The position numbers and the translations under genes were made by a program. A stretch of DNA of 64,000 nt from Octopus vulgaris (taxonomy: Eukaryota), in assembly GCA_951406725.2 (NCBI GenBank), contig OX597816.1:3410001-3474000 (forward strand), read 5' to 3'. The notes beneath the pieces were generated by a model. It was not told the origin of the DNA and ran no database searches. It worked only from the letters and a program-made list of their open reading frames with translations. Shown in pieces: positions 28,047 to 41,975 of the stretch (its first letter is position 1; every line of letters starts with the position of its first letter).

Positions 28047-28930
28047 GAGAAAGGCTGAAACAAGAGGCAAGAAATTTGTTAGTGGCAGCACAAGATCAAG
28101 CATTGAGTACTAACTGGTTAAAGGTGAAGATAGACAAAAATCAGATAGATTCCTAATGCAGGTTATCAAAGGGAAGATAGTGTTACTCATATAGTTAATG
28201 AATGTAGCATGATGGCAGAAAGAACTCAAGAAAAGACATGGCAACCGAGGGAAAGTAATCCACCAAGATTTATGAAGAATACTTGGAACTGGCCTTACTG
28301 AAAAGTGGAATGAACGCGAACATAGAAAGTAAAAGATGGTAGGATTTTAACATTCAGACCGACAGAGTAATAGAAGGGTTGATTTAGTAGTAGTAGACAA
28401 AGAGAATAGAAAATACCAGGTAATTGATTTTATAGTCACAAATGAGGAGAAAATCAATATGAGAGGTATAGAGAAAATAGCGAATACCGGGACCTAGCCA
28501 TTTAGTTACAGACTATGGAAAGTGCGGGTAAAATGTATCCCAGTAGTTATTAGGGACTATTCCTAAAGATTTGAAGAAATGAATAGAGGAAATAGGTGTA
28601 AAACTTAGCTCAGGGCAGCTCCAGAAAATAGGCAGAATCGTTAGCACGCTGGATGAAATGCTTGACAGTATTTTGTCTGCCGTTACGTTCTGAGTTCAAA
28701 TTCCACCGAGGTCGACTTTGCCTTTCATCCTTTCGGGGTCGATAAATTAAGTACCAGTAAAACACTGAGGTCGATGTAATCGATCCCTGCCCCAATTCTT
28801 CAGACCTTATGCCTATACTAGAAAGGATCATTGGGGACATAGAGGATACTTAGGAAGGTTCTTGGCATCAAAGGTTACTTGTTGTAGCCGGATGTTAGCA
28901 AGTTTTTCCAACAGTCCACTCTGTTGTGTG
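28047..28930 (+). mobile_element. Degenerate R4/Dong-like fragment interrupted by a SINE (about 28630-28830)
   Basis: LKQEARNLLVAAQDQALSTNWLKVKIDK followed by stops and frameshifts; preceded by (AAT)n. Confidence 0.7.
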
Positions 28931-29271
28931 TATATGGAATATACGCATTATGGTTTCTGACTAATAATTCTAACACACACACACACACACACACACACAC
29001 TATCAGCCCCTGTACTTTACTGGTATTTTATTTTATCGCCACCTACTCGTTCAAAGAATGAAAAGCAGTGGACATCAGCGAGGTTTGAACTCTGAACGTA
29101 AGGAGCCAAATTGGATGCCGCAAAATATTTTTTTCTAACGCTATAATGCTTCTTCCGGCAATAAATTTATTCTGTCCCGGGTTCAGGTATACCACAACTT
29201 GTTGAAAAAGATTAAGAGGGGGATTATCACTGACTAATAATTCTAACACACACACACACACACACACACAC

Positions 29272-29340
<69 letters not shown>

Positions 29341-29943
29341 TTTATGATTAATCTTCACATTCATGAACCTCCACTAGGGTTCTCGTATCAAGAGAATCAG
29401 GCATGTATTAACCTACAAATTCTGGTTTAGAGTAACCGAACCAACATAATACGCAGTCTCACTGTAAGTAAAATTCTAGAGATAGAAGCTTAAATTAATG
29501 GTTTCAAATTTTAGCGCAAGGCATGAATTGGGTGACGATGGCGGGGCAAGTCGATTACAAGTACTTGATTGGTACTTTATCTTATCCACTCGGAATGGAT
29601 AAAAGGCAAAGTGGACCTCGACGGGATTTGAACTCAGAACATAAAGAGCAAGAAGAAAAGCAGTGGAGCCTCTTGCTCGATTCCCTAATGATTCTGTCAG
29701 CCTGTCATCGTAGAAGCTTAAATGACCGAGGAAGATCGAAATTTGTTAATGTTGTTTGTGACCAACCAAATTGTTAAAATTGTGTAATTTTCTTTTACAG
29801 ATACAAATCCTTAGGAACCAGGAAACAGACTCGAAAATAAACTGGTGGAAACAAAAAAGGAAAAAGAAAAACCCAAAAAAACAGAAGGCCCCGAAAATGC
29901 ATAAATATTTAATATTTAAAAAATTATCAACCTCGCATACCGC

Positions 29944-30057
<114 letters not shown>

Positions 30058-30058
30058 T

Positions 30059-30089
<31 letters not shown>

Positions 30090-30123
30090 CTCTTTCTTTC
30101 TTTCTTTCTTTCTTTCTTCCTTC

Positions 30124-30185
<62 letters not shown>

Positions 30186-32202
30186 ACTTACGTACACACT
30201 TTCTTCATTCTCATTTCTCTTTAAAATAGTCTTTTAGTCTAAAAGTTAGTATCTCACATAAACGAAATATGTTTATATTCATAATAGGAAGAAGATTCCT
30301 GAGAGAAATAAAAGAACAACAATCAAAAGAGAAAATCAGTTCGAAAGAATTCTCAAAACATAGAATTTTATTCAGAAATGGACCAATTTAGAGATGAGGA
30401 TTTGTAGAATTTTCTTGCGCAATTCATTCGCCATTTTTGGTGAACTTCACAGAACATAAGCGACCGAGCAATCTTGTTGAATCTATTTATTTACATTGCT
30501 AATACCTCTCGGAAAGGCATTAATGTCACAACTTTCATTGTCACTGTTTTATAAACATCAAACATTGTGACAATGGAAGAAATACGTTAGAATTTGAGAC
30601 TGAATTCCTGGAATGAGGAATGGTCATTATTATACGCTGATATACGGCGATGATCTGCTGGAATTGTTAGTGCGTCGAATAAAATGCTTGGCGGCATTTC
30701 TTCCGTCTTTACGTTCTGAGTTCAAATTCCGCCGAGATCGACCTCGCCTTTCATCGTTCCGAGGTCGTTAAAGTACTACCAATTTGTAGTGACATTCACC
30801 CGGGGTAGATTGATCCCGGTCCGACCAACGAGTTCGTCATGTCTCTTATACATGATGACCTCATCCGACAGACAGATGCTCCGCCTGGGCGAACAATCGC
30901 GTCAGATAGTGCGGACACCGCAACCGTAGTCATCATTCATTGTTGGGGTGTAGAGGTCATGTTCGGAGTGTCGGTGGGGAATACAAATTCACAAGTGGTC
31001 CCTGGTTACATGCATACACACTTTGGGATTGCGTGATCCATAGCAGCGCATCTTGCTGTCGATTGTCGACCGTCGCCGAGGAATCGCTGACCAAGTCCCC
31101 GCCGATTATCGGAGTACATGTAGCCTAGGCTTCAGGCGGGTTCTAGAGACATGCTTTGACAAAAGCTGAGAGGTGCCTCACCCGTAATGCTCTTCCACCA
31201 CATCGGACACCAACCTGGAATTTCTGAGGGCCCATGCTATTGCTAGATAGTCGTTGAACCTACACTAGGTTCATCCACCCTTTTCACAGGTCTTGTTTTT
31301 AGTCCTGCTCGGTCTCAAGCAACCTTCCTCACCAGACTAGCTTAATGAGGGTGACAGCTTAATCGCCGACCACCCGACCGTGAAACAACAGCGCCCATTG
31401 TAATTGAATTGCACCTCTCCCACCAAACGTTCAGGCCTTGTGCCAAAACAAGAAAGAATTATTAGACAGGGACACATTGGGGGTTTAGCGTCTATCCTTG
31501 CTGGGTTTAATCATCGTGACGCTTCGGTCGTTCTCACCTTCGGCCTCCATCCCATGCAGAACGTTTTCCAGCCAAGACTCTTTACTAAAGCCACGATGTC
31601 CGTATCAAGGATTTCCCCCTTTAATTTATTCCATGACTGGTGAAATCGGCTGAATCAGTGAATGCATCGTTTCACTGCGCCGCCAGCGATTGAACGCAAG
31701 TCCACTAGCTTTGGTTTAAGTGCTGGGCATGAGTTCAGTCCCTGGATCAATCAAACACTATATACCCTAGTTCGGGGTGGACATACACACACGCGCACGC
31801 TCGACGGGCTTCTTTCAGTTTCCGCCTACCAAATCCATTCACAAAGCTTTGGTCGGCCCGAGGCTGTAGCAGAAGACACTTGCCCCAAGGTGCCATGCAG
31901 TGGGACTGAACCTGGAACCATGTGATTGGTAGGCAACCTACTTACCATATAGCCACACCTATGTAAATATGAAGTGTATATGCGAATGACAATGAATGAA
32001 TATACCTGTGTGTGTGTGTTTGCGTGTGTATGTGTGTTTGTTTGTGTGAACTTGTGCTATCGTATTCCGTTACCTCTGAAATCTGTCACAGTGATATACT
32101 GGTTCTGTCGACTTCAAAGTGTAACCATTCTAGCACTCCGGGTGCTAGAATGGCTACATTGTAGCACCCGGAGTTAGTTAAACAAATATTACCTGATCAA
32201 TA

Positions 32203-32306
<104 letters not shown>

Positions 32307-34240
32307 GAAAAGTGAAGGGGACGAAGAAAGCAGAAATCCACCCCCCATCCGAAAAAAACAGAAAAATGTTCCTCGATAAAAGTTGTAATAAAACATCAAA
32401 GAAGAAAAAGAAGAGGAGGGGAGGAGGAGGAAGATGTCGAACTGAGAACTGCCACCCTTGACAATTCGTTTCGGATATCTTCAGCAATTATTTCTTTCCT
32501 CCAATAAAATGGTAATTAAATATATTCTCATTCAAGTTTGATGGAGACAATTTATTAAACGGAATCCCAAAAATTTCTTTTCAAACCTTCGTTCTTTTTA
32601 GTTTCTGGCCATTTAATTAATGTCACATCTTATGCGTTAATTAATGGATGTCTTATGAAAATTCCCCGTCCCCCCGAAAGTTCTAAAAATGTCCAACATT
32701 TGGGGGAAAAAAGGAAGAATTTCACTCGGTAGCTTTGTTATTCTAATTGATTAATATTTATTGGTCAATAAATACTCCATCATTTCGGGGAAATGCTTTG
32801 AACCCATAACTTATTTAAGTTTCTAGGAAAATATTCAGGGAATGACAAAGAAGACGAGGGTAGTGGTGGTCGTGGTGGGAATCGGGGGTGGGGGGTGGGG
32901 GGTAGAGACTGCGGGGGTGGGTAGGTGGGGGTTCGACCGGATATTATGAAGGTTCGGTACGTTTTGACGTCATTAAATCCGAGTGTAACAATTACGTACG
33001 TACCCCTACGCACGCGCACACAAGCGCACACGTGACTTCTGTATGGCGTCCCACGGCATCGGTAAAAGTTCCGTTTTTTTCTTTCTTAAAACTTGATTTA
33101 AAATAATAAATTTATTTTAACATTTTTATATATATCATCTCTCTCTCCCTCCTCTTCCCCGCCTCTCTCTCTATATACGCTCGCGTGCGCACACGCAAAC
33201 ACACACGCACTCACACGTGCATGTACGCACACCTCACGCGCACGCACGCACACACGTACGCATGCACCGCACGCGCGCACACATTTGTGTGTAACACTTG
33301 CACAGTATGTTAATGTCTCTCCCGACTTCACTCTTTTTGTCTGTCTTCTCTCTCTCTCAGTCTCTGCCTCTCTCTAAGTCCCTCTCTCTCTCTAAGTCCT
33401 CTCTCTCTCTAAGTCCCTCTCTCTCTCTGTCTCTGTCTCTCTCTAAGTCCTCTCTCTCTCTGTCTCTCTCTCAGTCTCTGACTCTCTCTAAGTCCCCCCC
33501 TCTCTCTCTCAGTCCCTGTCTCTCTCTCAGTTTCTGCCTCTCTCTCTCACTCACTCATGCTCTTCCTATGCATTTACCCAACACAAAGCAAATCTTGACC
33601 TTGAAGGGTTTCTACCATCCAAGGGAGATAATTCTGGAATTTACGTTTTTTTTTTCAATAAAATATTTTTAAAAACAGAATGTTGTTTTCTGATTGTAAC
33701 TATAAAATTATATGAAAGATTAAAACAAAAAAAAAAAAAAAAAAGAAAAAGATAAGAAAAAAAGATTACGGTAATCTAAAAGTTTTAAGGGAAATTTTAA
33801 GAAAAATGTGCCGGAAAATACGATTAAAGTTCGTAAATTTCTCAGCACACAAATATTGATTACAAATTTTGGCACAACGCCAGCAATGTCGGAAGAGGGG
33901 ACGGGGTCAATTTCATCCACCCCAGGGCTCAACTGGTTCAATATCTGAATAAGTCGGCGAGCTGGCAGAATCGTTAGCATGCCGGGCAAAATATTTAGCG
34001 TCATTTCGTCAGTCTGAGTTCAAATTCCACCGAGGTCGATTTTGCCTTTCATCCTCTTGGGGTCGATAGATTAAGTACCAGCTAAACACTGGGGTCATTG
34101 TAATCGATTTAGCCCCTCCCTCGAAATTGCTGGCATTGTGTGAAAATTTAAAATCAATATTAATATCTGAATAAATAACTGTGGAACATTTTATTAAAAT
34201 ACAATATTTTACACAAGAACAATTCCTTCTTTAGAATACA

Positions 34241-34284
<44 letters not shown>

Positions 34285-34290
<6 letters not shown>

Positions 34291-34520
34291 TAGAAAAAAC
34301 CCACCTTTTATCAATTCAAAATGAAAAATTAAATTACACCATCTAGAAAATTACATATAATAGAAATATAAAAATTAAAATAACAATAATATACCGATGT
34401 TAAGTAAATTGCAAGATAATAATAAAAACGTATATATTTGGCATGTATTTTAATATTTCTATTATATGTAATTTTCGATTTCATTTTGAATTGATAAAAG
34501 GTGTTTTTTTTTCTAATTTT
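34285..34520. repeat. AT-rich inverted repeat embedded in (TA)n
   Basis: aattagaaaaaacccaccttttatcaattcaaaatgaaa and gaaaattacatataatagaaatat are mirrored at about 34453-34518. Confidence 0.75.
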
Positions 34521-36504
34521 ATATATGTATTATATTTTGTAAAATTTGATTTAGTCTTTCTAAATTGAATTTTTCAGGAATAATATTCCCTCAAATTATA
34601 TATATATATATATGTATATATATGAAGAAATTACCTGGTTCTTCTCATGATAGTCTTATTTCACTTAAAGCTAAGATCACTAAAACCTATCTTTTTCACT
34701 CCACCAACGCCTTTTAATGTTTTGTAGCAAATATGGAAAAACTTGAAGTTGCGATTCGTGATGGGAATTATAACATAATGCCAGTGACTTATCACTCTTA
34801 TTGAGAAAGACTTTTGTTGGAAAATCAAATATTTTCTTAACGTTTATTTATTTGTTTCGCAAGAATCTGATGCGAAAATCGTGAGTCGAAACAGATATGT
34901 TTCGGGATGGTCATGTTTTGCCAATTAAACTATTTATTTGATTTATCTTAATCATTATTATTATTATTAATTTATCAGAGTTCCTTCGTCACACATTCCC
35001 TGACCCCTTGAATGACTCCCTCTTCTTCGTGTCTCTCCTTCCTCGTCTTATCTTTTCCATTCCATTTTCTAATTCTTTGTGGGAAAATATTTTCTAGAAA
35101 TTCAAATGAGTTATCTCCCTTGCATCAGCGATAATTTTCCTTAATAATTTTACGGAAACATTCCCCGAAGCGCAAACCACTGCAAGAAAACTCATTACAG
35201 AACACAAAATATGAAGCATTTTCTCAAATAATGGGATGAAAAGATGAATTTTATTCCTTTGAATACAAAATCTCATCATAAAACAACAAAATTGTATTTA
35301 GAAAACGTGAAAAATGTTTTGTCTTTATTTTCGTCTTACGAAGTTACTTCCCCTGAATAAATAATTTTTCTTTAAAAATAATTTCCTTTTTCGATTTCTT
35401 GCTATCATCTCATCTCATATTTTTATACTTGTTTCTGTCATTAGAATGCGGCCATACTGGGGCACCGCCTTGAAGAATTTATAGTCGAATGAATCGATCG
35501 CAGTCCTTTCTTTTTGTAAAGTCCAATACTTAATATAACGATCTCTGACATTTTCGAATAAAATCAATGATAACATCATCATCATCGTTTAACGTCCATT
35601 GTCCATGCTAGCATGGGTTAGACGGTTCGACTGGGGTCTGGGGAGCCAGGAGGCTGCACCAGGCTCCAGTCTGATCTGGCAGTGTTTCTACAGTTGGATG
35701 CCCTTCCTAACGCCAACCACTCCGTGAGTGTAGCGGGTGCTTTTTACGTGCCAATGGCACAGGGGCCAGAGCAGGTTGGCAAACGGCCAAGATCGGTAAC
35801 CAGAAAGATAAATAGAATCGATGTTGGATTGGTTGATTATTGCATTAAAAGGCAACCAAATAGTTGTAAAAGAAGGGGTACCGTCTACGGAATTGATTCA
35901 GAACAAGCCTGCAGCTTATTTACATTGCAGTGAGTGACAGGAACTGTATTCACAAGGGATAATGATGTAAGTTATCAGGGCCATACTGCTTAATAATAAT
36001 AATAATCCTTTCTGCTGAAAGCACAAGGTCTGAAATTTTGGGAGAGGGGGACTAGTCGATTACATTTGTGTCCACGAGTTTTGTAGAGATTCTAAGATTG
36101 GTAAGATATATGTAGTTTATGTCCAGTAGGAAAATTTGTAGATGGACACCTACCTGAAAATATGGAGACAAGGAGAATGTTGCAAAAAATTGTAGCTATA
36201 AGGCGGATAGATTTTACAAGATGGTTAGAGGGGCTGACATCTTTAGCTTTCATCTTTATCTTTTACTTGTTTCTTTTTCTTTTATCTTGTACTGAGGCAC
36301 CGATTTGAAGAATTTTAATCGAACGAATTGACCCCAGTACGCAACTGGTAGTACTTAAGTCATCGACCCTGAAAGGGAGAAAGGCAAAGTTGACCTTGGC
36401 GGAATTTGAACTCAGAACATAATGGCAGACAAAATACCGCTAAGCATTTCGCCCGGCGCGCTAACGATTCTGCCAGCTCATCACCTTATTATTATTATTA
36501 TTAT

Positions 36505-36750
36505 TAACCTGGCAGAGCTCCATTATCACAACAATCCCCATCTCTCCCCTTGCATTTATCATTTCCACACTTACTTCTGATGGACCAGCTGCCTTTCCTC
36601 TTTTCATTTCCTTCATTGCCTCTACAACTTCTTCCTGACTAACCCTCTCCACTGGCCCCTTCACCACAGCAACTTCCCCTCTCTGATCCCATTCATAATT
36701 CCCTCCATATGCTCCTTCCAAACTCTTCCCTTCTCCTTCTCACTAAAATT
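36505..36750 (-). mobile_element. RTE-like internal RT fragment
   Basis: VKGPVERVSQEEVVEAMKEMKRGKAAGPSEVSVEMI, typical of the region upstream of the RT core. Confidence 0.7.
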
Positions 36751-36751
36751 T

Positions 36752-37001
36752 AACTTGTTTGTTGTTAACAGGTTTTGGCTGATATACCCTCCAGCTGGGG
36801 AAATTTCGAACCTGGGTTCTCATTCCTAAGTTGTTATTATTAATTATTATTATTATTCAGGTCACTGCCTGGAATCAAACTCAGAAACTTGGGGTTAGTC
36901 ACCCGTGCTGTTAACCACTACGCCATATACCCATGGTGTAGTGGTTAAGAGCGTGAGCTACTAACCCCAAGATTCCAAGTTTGATTCCAGGCAGTGACCT
37001 A

Positions 37002-37039
<38 letters not shown>

Positions 37040-37212
37040 CAACAACAACATCGAAAAATAACTTAGGAATGAGGACACAGGTTCGAAATTTCCCCAAGAC
37101 ACCTGATGAAGGCTGGAGGGTATATCAGCCAAAACGTTGTATTAACAACAAACAAGATGAGGACAAATATCCGTCAAATGTAAATAATTCCTCATCTCTT
37201 AAATATAAAACT
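36752..37212. mobile_element. Head-to-head inverted pair of the Penelope-like terminal repeat
   Basis: Minus copy 36752-36930 and plus copy 36931-37212, joined at their tRNA-like heads. Confidence 0.8.
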
Positions 37213-37614
37213 AATCAAGATTCTTGAAATCCAACATCGTAATCAGGTTAAAGTAATCCCGTAAAACAAGATTTGGATATAAGAAATTTCAAGCTCAAAC
37301 AAGCAGACGCAAAAGAGAGACGACGGCTTAGGAACAATATTATAATATTTATATGAGAAATGTTACATAAAGCAGACAAAAACTTGGTGAAATTCTTTAC
37401 TCTTTTACTCTTTTACTTGTTTCAGTCATTTGACTGCAGCCATGCTGGAGCACCGCCTTTAGTCGAGCAAATCGACCCCGGGATTTATTCTTTGTAAGCC
37501 CAGTACTTATTCTATCGGTCTCTTTTGCCGAACCGCTAAGTGAGAGGGACGTAAACACACCAGCATCAGTTGTCAAGCAATGCTAGGGGGACAAACACAG
37601 ACACACAAACATAT

Positions 37615-37651
<37 letters not shown>

Positions 37652-38923
37652 CGACAGGCTTCTTTCAGTTTCCGTCTACCAAATCCACTCACAAGGCATT
37701 GGTCGGCCCGGGGCTATAGCAGAAGACACTTGCCCAAGATGTCACGCAGTTTACAGAGTGGGACTGAGTGGTTTAATGTGACCCCTTGCAGTGATGCGGT
37801 CACCAAGGATCTGCAGGATAAGACTGCCCCCTCTGCTTGAGTGGGGGTGGGGGTGGTAAACTGGAAGGATAAGAAACTCTGATACAGGGGACAGGAGTAG
37901 GTGTGTTGCTGAAGGGGTGAATACATGGCTTGCTCATTGAGAGAGAGGGGGGAGATGGAGAGAGAGAGAGAGATGAAGAGATAAATAGATAGATAGAGAG
38001 AGAGAGTGAGAGAGAAAGGGGAGATAGAGAGATAGATAGAGTGAGAGAGAGAGAGTGAGAGAGAGGGGAGATGGAAAGATAGATAGATAGAGAGTGAGAG
38101 AGAGAGAGAGAGGGAGATGTGAGCTCGTGGTGGAAGAGTTCAGAAATAACATCTTGATGATGCATACCCCCACACACACATGAAGAATAAAAGGAATTTA
38201 CAAAATGGATCCGGACATTTTTTGACAATAAACTTATCTGCTAAGATAACTTCAATAGCAAAATTTTAGTGTCTCTTTCTTTCATTGCGCAAAACTCATT
38301 AACGATTGATTAATTAATTTAAAAGACAAAATTAAAGTAAATCGTCAACAAACTTTTATTCAACTTCAAAAAAGAAATAAATAAATAAAAGAAACATTTA
38401 AAAACATTTAAAAACATTCAACAATGAAAAAAAATAGCATAAAGGATGTGATTGATGACAAACCATCGGATTGCATTTGATTGTTAAAATTCCAAGCGGG
38501 AAACAGAAGTTGAATAAATAAATATAATTTATTAAAATATAAAACAAAAAAACAACAACAAAATCTCATTCCATGTTAGTTCTTCATCGGTGGTTTGTTG
38601 TTTTGGTATTTATTAAGATTTTATAAAAACAGAAATGTTAAGTACGAAAAGCTAAGAAAAACGACATAATTTTGATATTGAACTAAAGCTCTAACCGTAA
38701 AGCTGAAATAATCCTGAGACGTACTTACAATGGCATTGACCTCTGGAGGTCAAAACCTCATGTTTATTCACATGGGGCATTTACCATAAACTTGACACAA
38801 AGCAGGGAAATGTGGGGTCGGGGCAGGACTAGGAAACGAAAAAGGGTCTTCAAAATCAAGTTTGTAATAATTCTAATTTTGGTACAAGGCCAGCAAGTTT
38901 AAGGAAGGGCCCAAGTTGTTACC

Positions 38924-39343
38924 TATTTCTTTACTACCCACCAAGGGGCTAAACACAGAGGGGACAAACAAGGACAGACAAACAGATCAAGTCGATTATA
39001 TTGACCCCAGTGCATAACTGGTACTTATTTAATTGACTCTGAAAGGATGAAAGGCAAAGTCAACCTCAGCGGAATTTGAACTCAGAACGTAACGGCAGAC
39101 GAAACACCTATTTCTTTACTACCTACAAGGGGCTAAACACAGAGGGGACAAACAAGGACAGACAAACGGATTAAGTCGATTATATCGACCCCAGTGCGTA
39201 ACTGGTACTTATTTAATCGACCCCGAAAGGATGAAAGGCAAAGTCGACCTCGGCGGAATTTGAACTCAGAACGTAACGGCAGACGAAATACAGCTAAGCA
39301 TTTCGCCCGACGTACTAACGTTTCTGCTAGCTCACTGCCTTTT
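38924..39343 (-). mobile_element. SINE family A (tRNA-derived) dimer with 19-bp TSD, nested in an older SINE
   Basis: B box gagttcaaattc; core gtcgactttgcctttcatcctttcggggtcgat; TSD aagggcccaagttgttacc at 38905-38923 and 39344-39362. Many other copies, e.g. 1-66, 6150-6520, 11195-11580, 17945-18170, 33955-34160, 42890-43100, 44620-44835, 59845-60260. Confidence 0.85.
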
Positions 39344-40438
39344 AAGGGCCCAAGTTGTTACCATTAATACCAGTGCTCAACTGGGACTTGTTTTGTGGAC
39401 CCCAAAAGGATTAAAACAAAAGCTGACCTTGGTATGATTTGAACTCAGAAAAGTGAAGAGCCGGAAGAACTGCTGTGAAGCACATTCATCCAACATGTCC
39501 ACGATTCTGCCAGCGAGTAGGGTTTACGCTGACCCCGAAACTAAAAGAGAAAAACATCCAGTTTGTTTTGCTTAATAAGGATCAGGTGTAACCAATATTT
39601 TCTATTGTTGAAATAATAAATCATTCAAAAATAAAATCTCGTTTTTTTTTCAATTAACGAAAATTTTAATTTCTGTAACATTAAATCAATTCAGGCAAGA
39701 TTTTTCAAAGAATTCTCACAGACGATAAATGTCATGGTTCACGAAGAATGATATTGAATTTGGGTTTTAATTCTTACGTAAAAAAAACAAAAAAACAAAA
39801 CCAAACAAAAACCGGGGCAAATAAAAATAATGTCATGGTTACGCATAAATTTTACCCACCATTTTTAAAAATAAACAATGACAAACTAAAAAAAAAATCA
39901 GAATAAAATTGATAAATTCTTTACAAGATCTTATTTAACAAAATTAAAAAGAAAAAAAACAATGTTGTCCTAATTAATTTTTGTAATTTAGTAAATATTT
40001 CAGAATGATAAAAGCAAGAAATTGAAGAGAATCCATCACAAAAAGCTTTAGAGGATACCTTTGACTGATTGAATAATGAATAATGAATTAATAGGGTTGA
40101 AGTTAATCATAGTCTTTAATTGTTTCAACATTGATACAACAAGAATGGATAAAACATTAGCTAAAATTAATTCCATATTTTAAATTATAATTATAATCCC
40201 GAAACCAAAATATCAGTAAATTCAGAAAATAGATATGAGTGTTTAAAATCCACCCCAAGTGTGTTTGAACTGACTTTAGAAAGGCCTCTTCATAGGAAAA
40301 TGCATATTAAAAAATAGAGCTTCATAAAGATATCCTACAGAAATAGATTTTATAAATTTACCTAAATTATAAAGTTAATGATATCCATTTGTGTGTGTAT
40401 AAATGCATACACACACACACACATTTATAGATGTATAC

Positions 40439-40845
40439 CAGGAACGTGCCACCTGGGTAGGCAAGATAGGCAGTGCCTATCTTGAATAAAATAGATCGAT
40501 AGCAACATTTTCTTTTTATAGCAAAATAGGGACCTAATTCAATAAAATTATGAAGGTTACTCTGATTACTATGCATAAAATGCTAAATATTTAATTGTTT
40601 TTGTAGATTAGGTAGGCATAATCTACCCCTGCCTTTCAATCCCTGTATTTAAGCTATGCATAGAACTGCTGTAGCACATGCGCTATGTACACTTCTACAA
40701 CACTGTTTTCTGTACGTGCCATAAAGGCAGAAAGAAATCTGTCTTCAACTCAGTCGTGCATCTGGGTTTCACATATTTTTTTTGTGTTTTACTACATAAA
40801 TGCTACCAACTGCCTACCCTGAGTAATTACTGACAGCACGTGCCT

Positions 40846-40846
<1 letters not shown>
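40439..40846. mobile_element. Decayed non-autonomous DNA transposon
   Basis: Termini caggaacgtgc / gcacgtgcctt with subterminal gggtaggca / tgcctaccc inverted motifs. Confidence 0.5.
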
Positions 40847-40880
<34 letters not shown>

Positions 40881-40982
40881 ATGTAGTTATATATATATAT
40901 ATATATATGCATATAATAATATATAAAATTTGGGTTTTAATTCTAACATTTCTCTCTCTCTCTCACACACACACACACATAT

Positions 40983-41420
40983 ACTCTTTTAATAGTTTCA
41001 GGCATGCGCCTGTGGTCATGCTGGAGCACCACCATGGTCTTTCTGACTTCCTCACTCTGGGTGTTTCACATTGTCACTCCTGTGTGCGTCTTTTACCCAG
41101 TTGTTGGTACATTTGATGTACAATTGAGTTTGATTCCGCAGCCCTCGTCTGCACCTCATGTCGGGGCTGTTGGTTCATCCGGTATTGTAGAGAGGAAGAT
41201 GTCCAATTCCTTTTTCAAGACATCTACTTCCACTTTATGCAAATTTCTTAATTTTTGTGACATGGTACTGAAGCGCCGTGGACCTTTGAATCTTAGACTA
41301 TTGCAATACCTGGTCCTGAGTTTAGATGGAGTGGACGGTACCTTTGGTACAAAACAATGGCAGCCGGTTCTGGCATTTGTATAACACTCAATGCCAAAGT
41401 TAGGTACTAACTCTTCTAGG
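40983..41420 (-). mobile_element. 3' fragment of a LINE related to the 6.6-8.7 kb element
   Basis: Minus strand reads LVPNFGIECYTNARTGCHCFVPKVPSTPSKLRTRYCNSLRFKGP...DIFLSTIPDEPT, homologous to the C-terminus of the 6713-8620 ORF. Tail ggtggtgctccagcatgacc...tgaaactattaaaagagta. Confidence 0.85.
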
Positions 41421-41429
41421 TCTTCACAA

Positions 41430-41975
41430 GCAAAATTTATTGTCCAATGAATGAAGGGTACTCATAAGTGGGCTGGTTATACACCCCTGGCATAGGCCAC
41501 AGGTTATGGTCTCACTTGGCTTGCCAGGTCTTCTCAAACACAGCATATTTCCAAAGGTCTCGGTCACTAGTCATTGCCTCAGTGAGACCTAATGTTCGAA
41601 GGTCGTGCTTCTCCACCTCATCCCAGGTCTACCTCTTCCACAGGTTCCCTCAACTGCTAGGGTGTGGCACTTTTTCACACAGCTGTCCTCATCCATTCGC
41701 AACACATGACCATACCAGCACAGTCGTCTCTCTTGCACACCACATCTGATGCTTCTTATGTCTAACTTTTCTCTCAGGGTACTTACACTCTGTCGAGTAT
41801 GAACACTGACATTACACATCCAGCAGAGCATACCGGCTTCATTCCTTGCGAGCTTACACATGTCCTCAGCAGTCACGGCCCATGTTTCACTGTCATATAG
41901 CATGGCTGTTTGTACACATGCATCATACAGTCTACCTTTTACTCTGAGCGAGAAGCCCTTTGTCACCAGCAGAGG
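41430..41975 (-). mobile_element. RTE-clade LINE 3' fragment
   Basis: KGRLYDACVQTAMLYDSETWAV...RRLCWYGHVLRMDEDSCVKKCHTLAVEGTCGRGRP. Confidence 0.85.

Noticed and set aside
32461-32490. CTGAAGA...GAAA on the minus strand (similar case at 17635-17660)
   Set aside because: No stem II and no UH cleavage site with a matching stem I; chance match.
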